Positions 38,201 through 50,344 of a stretch of 64,000 bases of DNA are shown in pieces. Within the stretch, counting starts at the first letter, position 1. The number at the start of each line of letters is the position of its first letter. This DNA comes from Haliotis cracherodii (lineage: Eukaryota): the NCBI RefSeq assembly GCF_022045235.1, contig NW_027266271.1, forward strand, positions 29,574,001-29,638,000, given 5' to 3'. A program made the translations under genes and the position numbers. The notes beneath the pieces were generated by a model. It was not told the DNA's origin. It searched no databases and saw only the letters and a program-made list of their open reading frames with translations.

Positions 38201-38935
38201 TGAAGGGGAAAGTAAAGAGAGAGGGGAAGGCTGAAGAGGAAAGTAAAGAGAGAGGGATTGGCTGAAGAGGAAAGTAAAGAGAGAGGGAAAGGCTGAAGGG
38301 GAAAGTAAAGAGAGAGGGAAAGGCTGAAGGGGAAAGTAAAGAGAGAGGGAAAGGCTGAAGGGGAAAGTAAAGAGAGGGGAAGGCTGAAGGGGAAAGTAAA
38401 GAGAGAGGGAAAGGCTGAAGGGGAAAGTAAAGAGGGAGGGGAAGGCTGAAGGGGAAAATAAAGAGAGAGGGATAGGCTGAAGGGGAAAGTAAAGAGAGAG
38501 GGAAAGGCTGAAGGGGGAAAAAGAGAGGGATAGGCTGAAGGGGAAAGTAAAGAGAGAGGGGAAGGCTGAAGAGGAAAGTAAAGAGAGAGGGATAGGCTGA
38601 AGAGGAAAGTAAAGAGAGGGGAAGGCTGAAGGGGAAAGTGAAGAGGGAGGGGAATGCTGAAGAGGAAAGTAAAGAGAGAGGGAAAGGCTGAAGAGGAAAG
38701 TAAAGAGAGAGGGGTAGGCTGAAGGGGAAAGTAAAGAGAGAGGGAAAGGCTGAAGGGGAAAGTGAAGAGGGAGGGATAGGCTGAAGGGGAAAGTTAAGAG
38801 GGAGGGATAGGCTGAAGAGGAAAGTGAAGAGAGGGATATGCTGAAGGGGAAAGTGAAGAGGGAGGGGAAGGCTGAAGGGGAAAGTAAAGAGAGAGGGAAA
38901 GGCTGAAGGGGAATGTAAAGAGAGAGGGGTAATGC
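35255..38935. repeat. Purine-rich ~31-bp satellite in DSD intron 3
   Basis: GGCTGAAGGGGAAAGTAAAGAGAGAGGGAAA variants; ~742-bp higher-order repeat. Confidence 0.97.
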
Positions 38936-39118
38936 TGAGAGTTTTGATGAAGATGGTTAATCAAGAGAGGAAAACCGAGGATTACTACGTAGAGGACGTG
39001 GGGGGATTAATACAGGGGTTAATTCAGAGCGTTGATATACGGAGGTGTATTTCGGAGCGTCACTAGGGAGAGTTATTTGGGAGAGTTAATACGTAAGGTA
39101 ACTTCACAAATGTTGTAG

Positions 39119-39299
39119 CCGGCGTGTTGTGGGACAGTGATGACGTCGTTACCGTCGCTAAAGCGGCCGTTGACGCCGACAACGTGAAGTTCCTCGGCAT
39201 CTACACCCACTGCGGGAGCTCCTACGACTGTACGGGTGTAGACGAACTGAAGAAGTTTGGCACCACCAACACAGACAGACTGACCACAGTGAGAGACAA
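39119..39299 (+). CDS. DSD1: D-serine dehydratase-like, exon 4
   Basis: AGVLWDSDD...FLGIYTHCGSSYDC...; phase 1/2. Confidence 0.92.
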
Positions 39300-39507
39300 G
39301 TAGGTAACAACCTTAAAGGGGCAATCGTGTACGTGTAGCAATGATTTAACACTGGAAGTAGTACAAGACATAGTTAAACATTTCCTGTCGACCGGCGGCG
39401 TGCGGGACTTTCACAGGACAGCTGTTTCTTGGCGACAATTTGCATAAAGCACGACCGGTATTTACATCTAGGTAAGAGTTTCATGAAACTATATTAATGT
39501 CTTCCAG

Positions 39508-39629
39508 GCTGAAGTCGGCGGGGATCGCCTGTGAGACGGTGGGGACAGGCTCCACTCCTTCCTGCAGTAAACCTGCAGACAACATGGCCGCCCTGACGGA
39601 GTTCCATCCGGGCAATTACATCTTTTATG
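39508..39629 (+). CDS. DSD1: D-serine dehydratase-like, exon 5
   Basis: GTGSTPSCS...[11 protein letters not shown]; phase 2/1. Confidence 0.93.
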
Positions 39630-39642
39630 GTAGGGACTTACA

Positions 39643-39910
39643 TTTGTTTGTTTGTTTGTTGTTCGACGCCGCACCCAGCAATATTCAAGCTAATTGACGG
39701 CGCTCTGTAAAAAATCGAGTCTGGACCAGCCAATACAGTCATTGATATCATGAGCATCGATATGTATACGCAATTGGGATACAATGACATGCATCAACCA
39801 AGTCAGCCAGCCTGACCACCCGATCCCGTTTGTCGCCTGTTACAACAAGCTTAATCACCTTTTACAGCAAGCATGGGTTGCTGAAGACCTATTCTACCTC
39901 GGATCTTCAT
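39643..39910 (-). mobile_element. Family A retroposon
   Basis: Reverse complement of the 31122 copy. Confidence 0.85.
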
Positions 39911-40184
39911 TGTCCGGAGGGACTAACACTTTGACAATCTATCTCACTATCAGACAATAGTAAACCGATATCAGTAGAAGAATGACACATTAACTGCATA
40001 ATGAACAACGCTCGTCACACAAACATCTGTTTGCAGCATTCATTATTATGTGCATCACTATCAGCGCCAGTTGCAGCTCATAAATGATACAACACCAGGC
40101 TGAAGGTGTATGCCTATGAAGCGACATGTTCAATACAATACAAGGCCATCCTTGACAACACTGGCAATGGGTTGTGTGTTTCAG

Positions 40185-40374
40185 ACTACGAGCACGTGCG
40201 GATAGGGGCGTGTACCCTGGATGACGTGGCAGTACGTGTCGCCACCAGGGTCATCAGTCACAAGCCCTCCAAGAACCAGCTTGTCACAAACAGCGGCTTC
40301 ACATCAGTCTCACACGACGGGATCAAACAAATCGGCGAGGAGTTCTGTGTTGTGCAGGACCACCCCAATCTCAG
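40185..40374 (+). CDS. DSD1: D-serine dehydratase-like, exon 6
   Basis: DYEHVRIGACTLDDVAVRVATRVISH...HPNLR; phase 1/2. Confidence 0.92.
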
Positions 40375-40384
40375 GTCTGTTTTA

Positions 40385-40530
40385 TTTTGTACGTTTAACG
40401 CCACACTCAGCAATATTCCAGCTATGTGACGGCGGTCTGTAAACAATTGAGTCTGGACCAGACAATCGAGTGAATGATGTCATGAGCATCGATCTACCCT
40501 ATTGGGATACGATGACATGCATCAACCAAT
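40385..40530 (-). mobile_element. Family A retroposon, 5'-truncated
   Basis: 3' half matches family A. Confidence 0.75.
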
Positions 40531-41306
40531 TGAGTATCATTTTACGCCGCTTTCAGCAATATTCAAGCTATATCACGGCGGGGGACATCAGAAAAGGGCT
40601 TCACACCAGTCGAACCAGTGGTTGTTGCTATGATCAACGTCCTGCACGACGTGGTAGGATGAGGCGTAATCGTCCACGAAGCCTGACCACCTGACGCTCC
40701 TTACTGGGATCGTATTCTGACATTCTGAAGAAATTCGAAATAAATCTTCTTACAATACTTGGAACTGATATTGAAAATCACATTTACTCTCAGGATCATA
40801 CACCCAAATATTTAATTATTATGTTCATGATAACTCAGAAAGGTGTTCACTGTGATAGAATGACACTTCCGGGTTAGAATAGGTCCCCAGCAACCTATAC
40901 GTGGATCGTTGCTCATAATGTCAATCACCCGGTTTTCTGGTCCAGACTCGATTAGTTACAGGCCGCCCTTATATCGCTGGAATATTGCTCTTCAGATATG
41001 TGTATATGTGTATATACACGTAAATAGGACACCGGAGGTGACATGACTTTGTAATAAAGTTAGCTGGACGGAGGATATTTCTGTTTTACAAATTGCGCTG
41101 CAACGCGTGTTTATAAAACCGGAAGTGTTGTGTCGGCAAAGGTACAAGAAAATTCCTCATTGGAAGCTTGGTCGGAAAATGCCCTGTGTCTTGTGTCACG
41201 CCCAGCAGTTACATATACCTAGTGTACATCATTAAGTACCTGTTCCGACAACGAGCGGAATTGATGTCATTCCAATTATGACACAGTCCTGGTCTTCTGT
41301 TTGTAG

Positions 41307-41412
41307 ACTTGTCGAGATGAGTCAGGAACACGGAAAGATCCGACCTGCCACGGGAGATCTTGACTTCGGAGAATACCCGCTAGGAACCATGTTGTTTCTG
41401 TACCCGTATCAT
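41307..41412 (+). CDS. DSD1: D-serine dehydratase-like, exon 7
   Basis: LVEMSQEHGKI...YPLGTMLFLYPYH; phase 2/0; donor GTAAGT. Confidence 0.92.
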
Positions 41413-41609
41413 GTAAGTTGACCAATCAGAATATTTATATCGATAATCAGTATATTAGTATATTAATTAATAACAACTAACGATATCAAATACGACAGGA
41501 AAGTATCTTCTGTTCAAATTTCAAATGTAGGACATTGTTAAGATAATATAACACGTACTTCTAATACAAGTCTCTATGTCTGCTCATTGCCTGTATCTCA
41601 CCAGCGTTC

Positions 41610-41880
41610 GGGGTGCACGGGTGGCCCAGTCGTCTGAGGCGCCGCGATTCGCTGATCAGAGTTGCGTCCCTTGAGCACGCCAGAAACCTATGATTGTGGT
41701 TTCACCCCGATTATATTTTCTAGGTTTGTCAGCACCATACCCGTGCCCATTGGTTTCACCGAAGTGGTAAACGTCTCAGACCTGCATCACTTCGGGCTTT
41801 CCTCCCACATTAAGCTGACACGCCGTGATATAACTGGAATACTGTTAAAAGCGGTGTTAAACTCAACTCACTCACTCACA
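41610..41880 (+). mobile_element. tRNA-derived SINE (family B)
   Basis: Matches the 55930 copy; (ACTC)n tail. Confidence 0.8.
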
Positions 41881-42205
41881 AACTTTGTGTCTGTCAACAG
41901 TTTGCGTGGCGCCATTTATTTCCAAATCAGACAATGAATGATTACCAATTACACACGGTTAGGGAACAAACTCCCCCTTTAAGACAGTAAAACCAAAATA
42001 TCTGAAGGACTGATATAATTAGATGCATGGCTGAAGTATCTCACTAAATGCTGACCTTGTGTATGGTGTGAACACAGCTACTGTCGCCAGGTTAAACTAA
42101 CAATACAAGGTGAGCTTCTGTACCCCTGGCATTCTTATTTACAGGTGATAGGTGGTTCCGTTTAAAGCTTGACCACATGTATGACACGTGCCTTGTTTGT
42201 TGCAG

Positions 42206-42295
42206 TCCTGTGCCACGGCCTACAACCACCCCCTGTATTACGTCCACTCCGGGGAGACGATCGTGGGGGTGTGGCGTCCAACCCGTGGGTGGTGA
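42206..42295 (+). CDS. DSD1: D-serine dehydratase-like, exon 8 (stop; protein 375 aa)
   Basis: SCATAYNHPLYYVHSGETIVGVWRPTRGW*; H-x-C Zn ligands span the exon 7/8 junction; exons total 1128 nt. Confidence 0.92.
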   Translation, partial: SCATAYNHPLYYVHSGETIVGVWRPTRGW

Positions 42296-42931
42296 TAATC
42301 AGGGTAGAGGGACAAGATTATTTTTTTTGTAATTGACATTTTACTCGTCCCCGTTACAGATAATGCCTGACATCCATGGTGGTGCCTGGCGCAAGTAAGA
42401 AAATATAAACAGACACCTCTAGAAAACACAGGCAAGGTTATTGAATGGGTTTCAGAAGCTAGATAGTCCAATCAAAATCGCCGAACCAAATTGACATTCG
42501 GTTCATTAACAACATGGCGACTGCCGTGTCGACTGCAGGATTTGCAGAGCATGTGTACCGTCAAATAGGTGTTGACAGATGTTTTCCAAATCTTTTCTAG
42601 TTTTTCTCAAGGTGCTCAAGTGATCAAGTGATCAATCAGATTGTCTTGACTGGGCGCCGCCATTTTGTTTGAATCAAATGCAAGTGATGTAATGCGGTGG
42701 AATCTGATTGTTCAATAGAAAGGACATGTAAGTGACATACAACGCTACGATCGAACCAGGAAATTGGGTGGAAACTGGACTTTTACTCATTCACACACAC
42801 GTCCACTCCATTTCTTTTCTAACCCATAAGAGCTGAGCTCTAGAAGCAAACATATCTACATTAGCTAGTTCATGGTAAAGCATGGAAGGAGATCGCCGTG
42901 TGTGCGTGCGTGCGTGTGAGAGAGAGAGAGA

Positions 42932-42962
<31 letters not shown>

Positions 42963-44199
42963 AGAGTTGGAGGGTGTCTCTATTAACTGTAGACGTATAG
43001 AATTTGGAAAATAAAATCTCAGATCCACGACCAGTGTCATATTTTTAATGCATTTACTTGTACAGGAAATGGAAAGTGAACAAGAACTAAATAACATAGC
43101 AGTGGAGCTGACATGGGACAACATTTACTGCGTTTGCTAATTGGGCAGGTGTAATGGGGCCCCTCCAGTTCTGGGGCAGTCTGCGGAAATCTTTGTATAA
43201 TTCTGATTTACGGAGCTCGAGACCCCAGAAGCCTCTTGTGCAAGTAACCCGCTGTTACTTCCTGCCTCGTGAAATGTTTTAAAGTTATCAAGTTCGGAAT
43301 ATAGCTTGGAAACATTTTGTTAATAATCGTAAATATTTCCGGAGCCTTGTCTTTAAGACGATTGATATGAAGAAAATTAGTGTAATAATAGTTAATAGAA
43401 GTGAGCTGTCATAATCATCATAAACAAATTTAGAGGGCTCTCTCCTGATTTTCTTACCCAATTGTGTTGTGTTGGCTTTAAATGATGGCGCCCAATAAGG
43501 GGACGCTAATTAACGTGACGAGATGAAGGTTGTTTTTTTTAAATAACAATCTTCCCCTGTCGCTTATGATACTGTTTAACTAGTTGTGTTGCAGCCTTTT
43601 TGCATATTTCAGAAAAATCAATTAAACATTATCATGGGTTCGATAGTAGCAGCAAGAAGGACAACACTGTCACCACAAGCTTTTTCTGTTAAACAAAAGT
43701 AAACTTTTAAATAGTAGCGCGACCTCAAGTCATTGTCCTCCAACCATCTAAGTGTGGAGTGGCAGTCTTTGTAGAGGACAGATGTGACTTTGTCAGTGTC
43801 CCTTTGGGAGGACGACAGCGTGTTGTTATGCACACAAAGGATACTCACACATAACATTCAATGAAGGTTCACAAGCAAGAGACACATCTAAAGACATTTA
43901 CAAGACTAACTTTCAATAAAGTACCAACAATTCCAAACGTACCAGTTTCTCATCATGAGCACAGTTGTACAATCAAGACTCACCCAGTGAATAAAATATC
44001 TCATTTCTACAAATTCTAAATAAAACGGCCTTAAATAGAGCCTTGAGGTATTTATTTGATTATATTGAGCCAAGTCACCGAGCCTGACCGCCCGATCCAT
44101 TTTGATGCGTCTTGCAACAAGTCTAGGTTGCTCGGGGCGTATAGTCTCGCCCGGAATCTAGACGGGTTCGTGTTCAGTGCGAGTCAGACCCTGACAAGA

Positions 44200-45300
44200 T
44201 CAAGATGGCGGGAGCATGCTGAGGTTTCGTCGAGCTGCAATAAGTTACATTAATTGGACACCTGAACATACATATGAATGTCTACTGACCAAGAACAGAA
44301 AACGTAAGAAGCAGTCCTCCACGTCGGTGAGCACAGCTGAGTCTGACACGAATACATGTGACACCCCAGAACGCACAGTCCTACAAGTCACGATAAGCGC
44401 TGGTACAACAAGTAGCATTGTAAAGCAGTCACTAGACACACTGGATGACTCTTCACTTGAATATTCCCTACCTCAACCAGCACAAACTAACGATAATCAA
44501 GTATCCCCAACTGACTTTAATTCTCACATCCTGGCAACGCTGAACACAATGAACAGCAAGCTCTCAAAATTGGATTCCATTGCAGTTTCAATTGCAAACA
44601 TGCACACAAAACTCCTCCATCTTGAGCTAAAAGTACAAGAAGTGGATCAACTGAAAGAAAAAGTAAACATCCAAGAAGAAGGCTTAAACTATGTGGGCTG
44701 AAGTTTTGATGAATGGAGAGAATGTAAAGTTCACATGGAAAACGACATCAAGTCATTAAAAGATTCAGTTTTGGCTCACACCCCACTTATACAGAAACTG
44801 CAGCCAGAGAACACACACCTCAAGGAAGCTCTCATCGACTTGAAATGTCGTTCTGTGCGAGACAACCTGATCTTGAACAACATACCAGAGTCAGAAACCC
44901 AATCAAACTTCGAAGAATGTGAAAAGCTCCCCAGGAACTTTATATCGACAGAATTAAAAATGGACACACAGCAATCAAATTCAAACGTGTTCATCGCATT
45001 GGCCGACCACGCACACAAGCTAACCCAGGAGGCCGTCCTCGACCAAGCGCCATGATAGCCAAATTCATGTATTCATCTGAGAGAGACGCAGTGAAAAGAG
45101 CAGGGAGGAATTAGACAGTATCCAGGAGCAGCTTCCGGAGGCGGTAAACTCCTATAGGCGGGAGGTACTCATGACCCTGCTCAAGACGGCTAGGTCACAG
45201 AACAAAAGGGCTGTCACCAGTGTTGACAAACTCTATATAAACAAGAATCTTCAGAAAGTAGCTCCTCACCCATATAGGTCCCAACAGACAAGTGTGAACC
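44200..45300 (+). pseudogene. LINE ORF1 remnant (coiled coil plus RRM-like, L1/CR1-type)
   Basis: Heptad-rich segment, LIDLKCRSVRDNLILNNIPE, frameshifted RVHRIGRP..IAKF; in-frame stop at ~44700. Confidence 0.7.
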
Positions 45301-45544
45301 AGTCACAGGGACCCCTTTAGAGATGCGAGGACGGGCAGGAGTCTACATTAGATGTAGGTAGAACAGAAGCACTAAAATTGTTTACTGAGGAAAATGTAAT
45401 TAGTAAAGCAAGAGATTCTAAATATGACATGTGTAGTATAACCTGCAGCAGGACTGATGTTGATAAAGATCTAGTCTACCACAGTGCATAACACCAAATA
45501 TACTTAGTTAAACATACCATGTCATTCCCCAGTTAACATAGATG

Positions 45545-45793
45545 TTGTAGAATAGGTCTTCAGCAACCCATGCTTACCGTAAGAGGTGACTATGCTTGTC
45601 GTAAAAGGCGACTAACGGGATCGGGTGGTCAGGCTGGCTGACTTGGTTGATGCATGTCATCGATCCCAATTGCGTGGATCGATGCTCATGATATCAATCA
45701 CTGAATTGTCTGGTCCAGACTCGATTATTTACAAACTGCCGTCATATATCTGGAATATTGCTGAGTGCGGCGTTAAACAACAAACAAACAAAC
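45545..45793 (+). mobile_element. Family A retroposon (slightly 5'-truncated)
   Basis: GTAGAATAGGTCTTCAGCAACCC ... GCGGCGTTAAAC-(AAAC)n. Confidence 0.85.
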
Positions 45794-46550
45794 CAATCAT
45801 CACTGATAAGTCTAAGGATGCTGAAGGAAACCTGTCATGTAATACCAATACAAACACACATCCTGTGGATGTTGTAAATATATTTGAAATCCATGTTGCT
45901 GTCACAGAGAGGACTCACAATGATGATGAGGTAGCTGGATTCTGTACACTAAGTGTAAACACAGATGCTGATGCTTCTGAATATTATGCTTGTATCACCA
46001 TGATCACGGGGAAGCCTAACATAACTGATGTTGGTCTTGAAGATCCCCCTCAAAGTCAGATGAATATATACTGAGTCAAATTAAAAACTTCACATTTCTA
46101 AAAGTAATCCCATATACGATATACAACGGACATATGTATCAGAGAAGGCACTTTTTAATCATTGATGTCCAAAGAAGGATTTTAATTAACGGTGGTAACC
46201 ATAATTTGTTCCAAGCACCAACGGTATTCGGTAATACCGTTTAATTTGACTCTGTATAATCTCTTCTCCATGCAACAACGACGTCTTCATATCCCAAATA
46301 ATTGTTATATCTGGCCAAATATGTGTAAACGAGGTAAAACGTTATCACCTAAAAAATATCCACTTTAAAACTTGCCCTGATTCAATGTACATATGAACAC
46401 ATTGTTACGTTAAAAGTTTAAATCACTCAAGGCCTGTTACGATTTTCATCTTCATTGAATACATATTATATCTCGTGGCTGCAGGGGATGTTCAGAGGAA
46501 TAAACTGAATTTAACTGTTATATTCCCATGCATACCCGGATGATATCCCA

Positions 46551-46816
46551 ATATGTTTGTTTGTTATTAAACGCCACACTCAGCAATATTCCAGCCATTT
46601 CACGGCGGTCTGTGAATAATCGAGTCTTGGCCAGACAATCCAGTGTTTGACATCATGAGCATTGATCTACGCAACTGCGATACGATGACATACATCCACC
46701 AAGTCAGCGAGCCTTACCACCCGATCCCGTTGGTCGCCTCTCACGACAAGCATAGTCGCCTTTTATGTTAACCATAGGTTGCTGAAGACAAATTCTAACC
46801 CGGATCTTCACGGGTA
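46551..46816 (-). mobile_element. Family A retroposon with 13-bp TSD
   Basis: GGATGATATCCCA at 46538-46550 and 46817-46829. Confidence 0.9.
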
Positions 46817-48384
46817 GGATGATATCCCAGGAACCTCGACTAGTTCGCGACCTGTGCTGCGCCACCCGTAAACGCATTTGTTTCTTTTATTGACAGTATA
46901 AAGGTGCATCGTAACATTGATGAACAAAATGAAATACAGTTTTGTCTTCGTAATAAGAGAGAAATCTAGGCATCTTTTGGGGTTGGGTAGCATCGGTAAT
47001 GGTGACGAAGTTTTGATAAGTAACTTGCTTACGATTTCTTTTACCCTATTTTGACTTGTAACCCAAACTAAATATATCACCTGAGCATTGCTATTTTAAC
47101 GTGTGTGTGCGTGCTATGGTCAGTGTGTAAAATGACTAAAATTTTCACTTAAACAATTTATTAAACGCTTAAATATTAAATTATTCTATAAATTAACTGA
47201 AAGAGTTGTCCATCAATTTTTATATGATGACGAATTCCAAACATTTTGAGGTTTAGTTTCATCACCGAGTCACTGAAAATGATTAAAAGAAAACGAAAGT
47301 CAAAGTACATTTGTATATTTTTTGGCTTCTGATCACAGCATGATTAGTCTATTGTGAACGTCCTTTTGAACGTCTTAATTTATAGTCAATCTGTTTAAAA
47401 ACTGAACAGATATATCAGTCAATTTGTAAAATGACTGAAATATGTGGACATTTTATAAATTGCCCGAGTGACTCACCATTGACATATTGACGATACACGC
47501 CGACAAACGGAGCAGGCTTGTGAAAACAAGGACTCAGTGTTGTCTGTCTCGCATCGAAGGACATCCCAACCAAAACAGAGGAACAAGAATGATTCTGTTC
47601 AATACTACAGCAAATGAAAACAAAATGCAAATATCGTAATTACAACCGACAAAACTTGTATGTATAATATCAGGCTAATACCTTATTCGAGGAATGTATC
47701 CGTAAATATCCACATAAAGGAACACTATCCCATACGTCTGCAACTGTACAAAACACTTTTTAGATGCCAGGTGATACTGTAAAAATCTAATATTTTTAAA
47801 CATAGATAACTTTTATGGATAATAACTGATCACGACAGTTTGTGTCGGATGTTTCACATAGGTTTCAAGTCTCATTGGTCAGTCGAAATAGCACACGTGA
47901 CAACTAGTTTCATGATGTCCACGGTTCTTAAAAAATCCATTGAGCTATAAGATAACACCGAGCAATCAATCAACGTATTTTCGGTTAGTCCTTAGAACAA
48001 AGTATGTTTTTATATCGGCACTCGTCTGCTTTAGTAAACCTACACATGTAAACACTTTCACAGTGATTAATCAGTGAACGTATTTTCGGTTAATCATTTA
48101 ATGGGTGGATTTAATTTTTAGTAACTCAACTGATCATTCTAGTTGTTTCGCTGTCACGTGCATATCACATAACATACATTTCACCCCACTTAAAACCTGG
48201 ATTTAGATTGAATAATTGCCCCAGACACAAGAAATGTCAAATGAAATCCTTTCTAAGGTAATGTGAGTGGTGCTACCTACAACTAATCATACCAATAATA
48301 AATACATAAACTGAGCATCAGGTGAATGACGACAAATACACAGGTGTAGGGTCATACCAGGATATATGGATGACAACAAGGGAG

Positions 48385-48480
48385 TAGTCATGTAGCCCAG
48401 AGTTTAAAGCGTAAGCTCGTCACACCGAAGACCCGGGTTCCATTCCCAACATGGGTACAATGTGTGAAGCTTCAATATTG
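48385..48480 (+). mobile_element. Family D SINE fragment
   Basis: Similar to the head of the 49529 copy. Confidence 0.6.
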
Positions 48481-48539
48481 CCAGGAACTCATTAAAAACT
48501 CCATTACTTTTCTCCAATACAGTTAGATGCATTTAGACT

Positions 48540-49135
48540 TTTGGTTTGTCGTTAAACACCGCATTCAACAATATTCCACCTATATGACGGCGGTCTGTAA
48601 ATAATCGGACCAGACAACCCAGTGATTGACATCATGAGCATCGATCCACGCAGTTGGGATACGATGACATGCTTCAACCAAGTCAGCGAGCATGACCACC
48701 TGATCCCGTTAGTCGCCTCTTACAAGCATTTGTTGTTTGGTTTGTTTTTTAGTTTAACGCCGCACTCAGCAATATTCCAGCTATATGACGGCGGTCTGTA
48801 AAATAATCGAGTCTGGACCAGACAATCCAGTGATTGTGAGCATGAACATCGATCCACGCAGTCGGATGGTTGGTTGTTGGTTTGTTGTTTAACGCCGCAC
48901 TCAGCAATATTTTAGATATATGACGGCGGTCTGTAAATAATCGAGTCTTGACCAGACAATCCAGTGATTAATATCATGACCATCGATCCACGCAATTGGG
49001 ATCGATGACATACATCAACCGAGTCAGTGATCCAGACCACCCGATCCCGTTAGTCGCCTCTTACGACAAGCATAGTCGCCTTTTATGGTAAGCATGGGTT
49101 GCTGAAGACCTATTCTACCCGGATCTTCACGGGTC
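48540..49135 (-). mobile_element. Three stacked family A copies (two truncated, one full length)
   Basis: Three successive 3' tails at ~48545, ~48735 and ~48870; full 5' end at 49135. Confidence 0.85.
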
Positions 49136-49400
49136 GTCACTGCCACTCAAGTCTTCAGGTTCATCATCATGCGCAACGTTTTGGCAACCAGAGCAGGTGC
49201 AGAGATCAGTAAGTGGCAATCTTGGCATGAGACAAGGACACTTTCTGGAGACGACATATGATCGGTCACTGCAGATAAATGATGTATCTGCAGCCATATT
49301 GTCGTCTGAAACATGGCTCTCAACATGTGTTGCTTGAAAGCATCTTCTGTAGAGGGAACATTGTTGCTGCCTTGTCGGTGTTGGAAGTCTGGACATAGCC
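49136..49400 (-). pseudogene. Degenerate Cys-rich (CXC-like) transposon-associated ORF remnant
   Basis: RLPTPT..FQA..KCPC..LPLTDLCTCSGCQN; no intact context. Confidence 0.4.
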
Positions 49401-49528
49401 TAGGTCACCAAGGGTGTTCAACATATCGCAGGAGTTCTGCAACATGTGTCAGCGTCAATTAACAGTTGGCTCCCTTGTTGAGTTCGCACCTTTGTTATGT
49501 TATTACGTTTGCTGTTCATACAAGAAAA

Positions 49529-49690
49529 GGGGCGGTCGGGTAGCCTAGTGGTTAAAGCGTTCGCTCGTCACGCCGGAGACCCGGGTTCGATACCCGACAT
49601 GGGTACATTGTGTGAAGTCCATTTCTGGTGTCCCCCGCCGTGACATTACTGGAATATTGCTAAAAGCGGCGTTAAACTATACTCACTCAC
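49529..49690 (+). mobile_element. Short tRNA-derived SINE (family D, tRNA-Asp-like head)
   Basis: A box TAGCCTAGTGG, GTC at the anticodon position, B box GGTTCGATACC, (ACTC)n tail, TSD TCATACARGAAAA. Confidence 0.88.
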
Positions 49691-49733
49691 TCATACAGGA
49701 AAATATATATGTTTTCTGCTTCATAGCATGAAT

Positions 49734-49815
49734 TCACCTGATGAAGGAGTAAGCATATACTCCGAAACCTTGTGTTCCTTCCGAATGAAGGTGGTGGCAT
49801 CGTAAATTCTTTTCC
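49734..49815 (+). mobile_element. Penelope-like terminal fragment with hammerhead-like core
   Basis: CACCTGATGAAGGAGTAAGCATATACTCCGAAACCTTGTGTTCC; homologous to 16634-16710. Confidence 0.55.
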
Positions 49816-50344
49816 GTATACCTTTGTGTGTATAGAGATTGAGTCCAGAGTATCATCTGCTTGTCCGTTTGAGGGAGAGCAATAACGTTGATATTGTTGT
49901 GCACATTTTTAGTTTGTTTCTTCGTATACTCTAATGGGCTTTACGAAGCATACCCAGAACCATGACAGCTGTATGTGCACCAGTTGCATTTTTATACGTT
50001 TATGTATTACTTATGACTTGACCTTCAAAGTGATATTGACCTTCAAATTTATCTCTTAGTTGGTTGGACAAATCATTTATTTCAGGTAAACCTTTAATTA
50101 TATCCGATATAGAAAAGGTATTTGCAAACGGTGATATGTATGTTTTGTATAAAGTTATTTTTAAATGAAATTAACAATGGGAATAAATTGACAAAATGGG
50201 GTGGTGGGATAACACATAACCAAATTCTTCGAACATCATAAAAGTGAATATGAACATTGCCATCTCGTCATAAGACGTGTCGGCTCATTATGAGATATCA
50301 AATGGCTTGGTTGATAATACTAATAATTTATAATAGAAATGTGT

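Noticed and set aside
49529-49605. Possible tRNA-Asp gene (also tRNA-like heads at 55930 and minus 57082)
   Set aside because: Acceptor stem is not intact, and the sequence continues into a SINE body, tail and TSD
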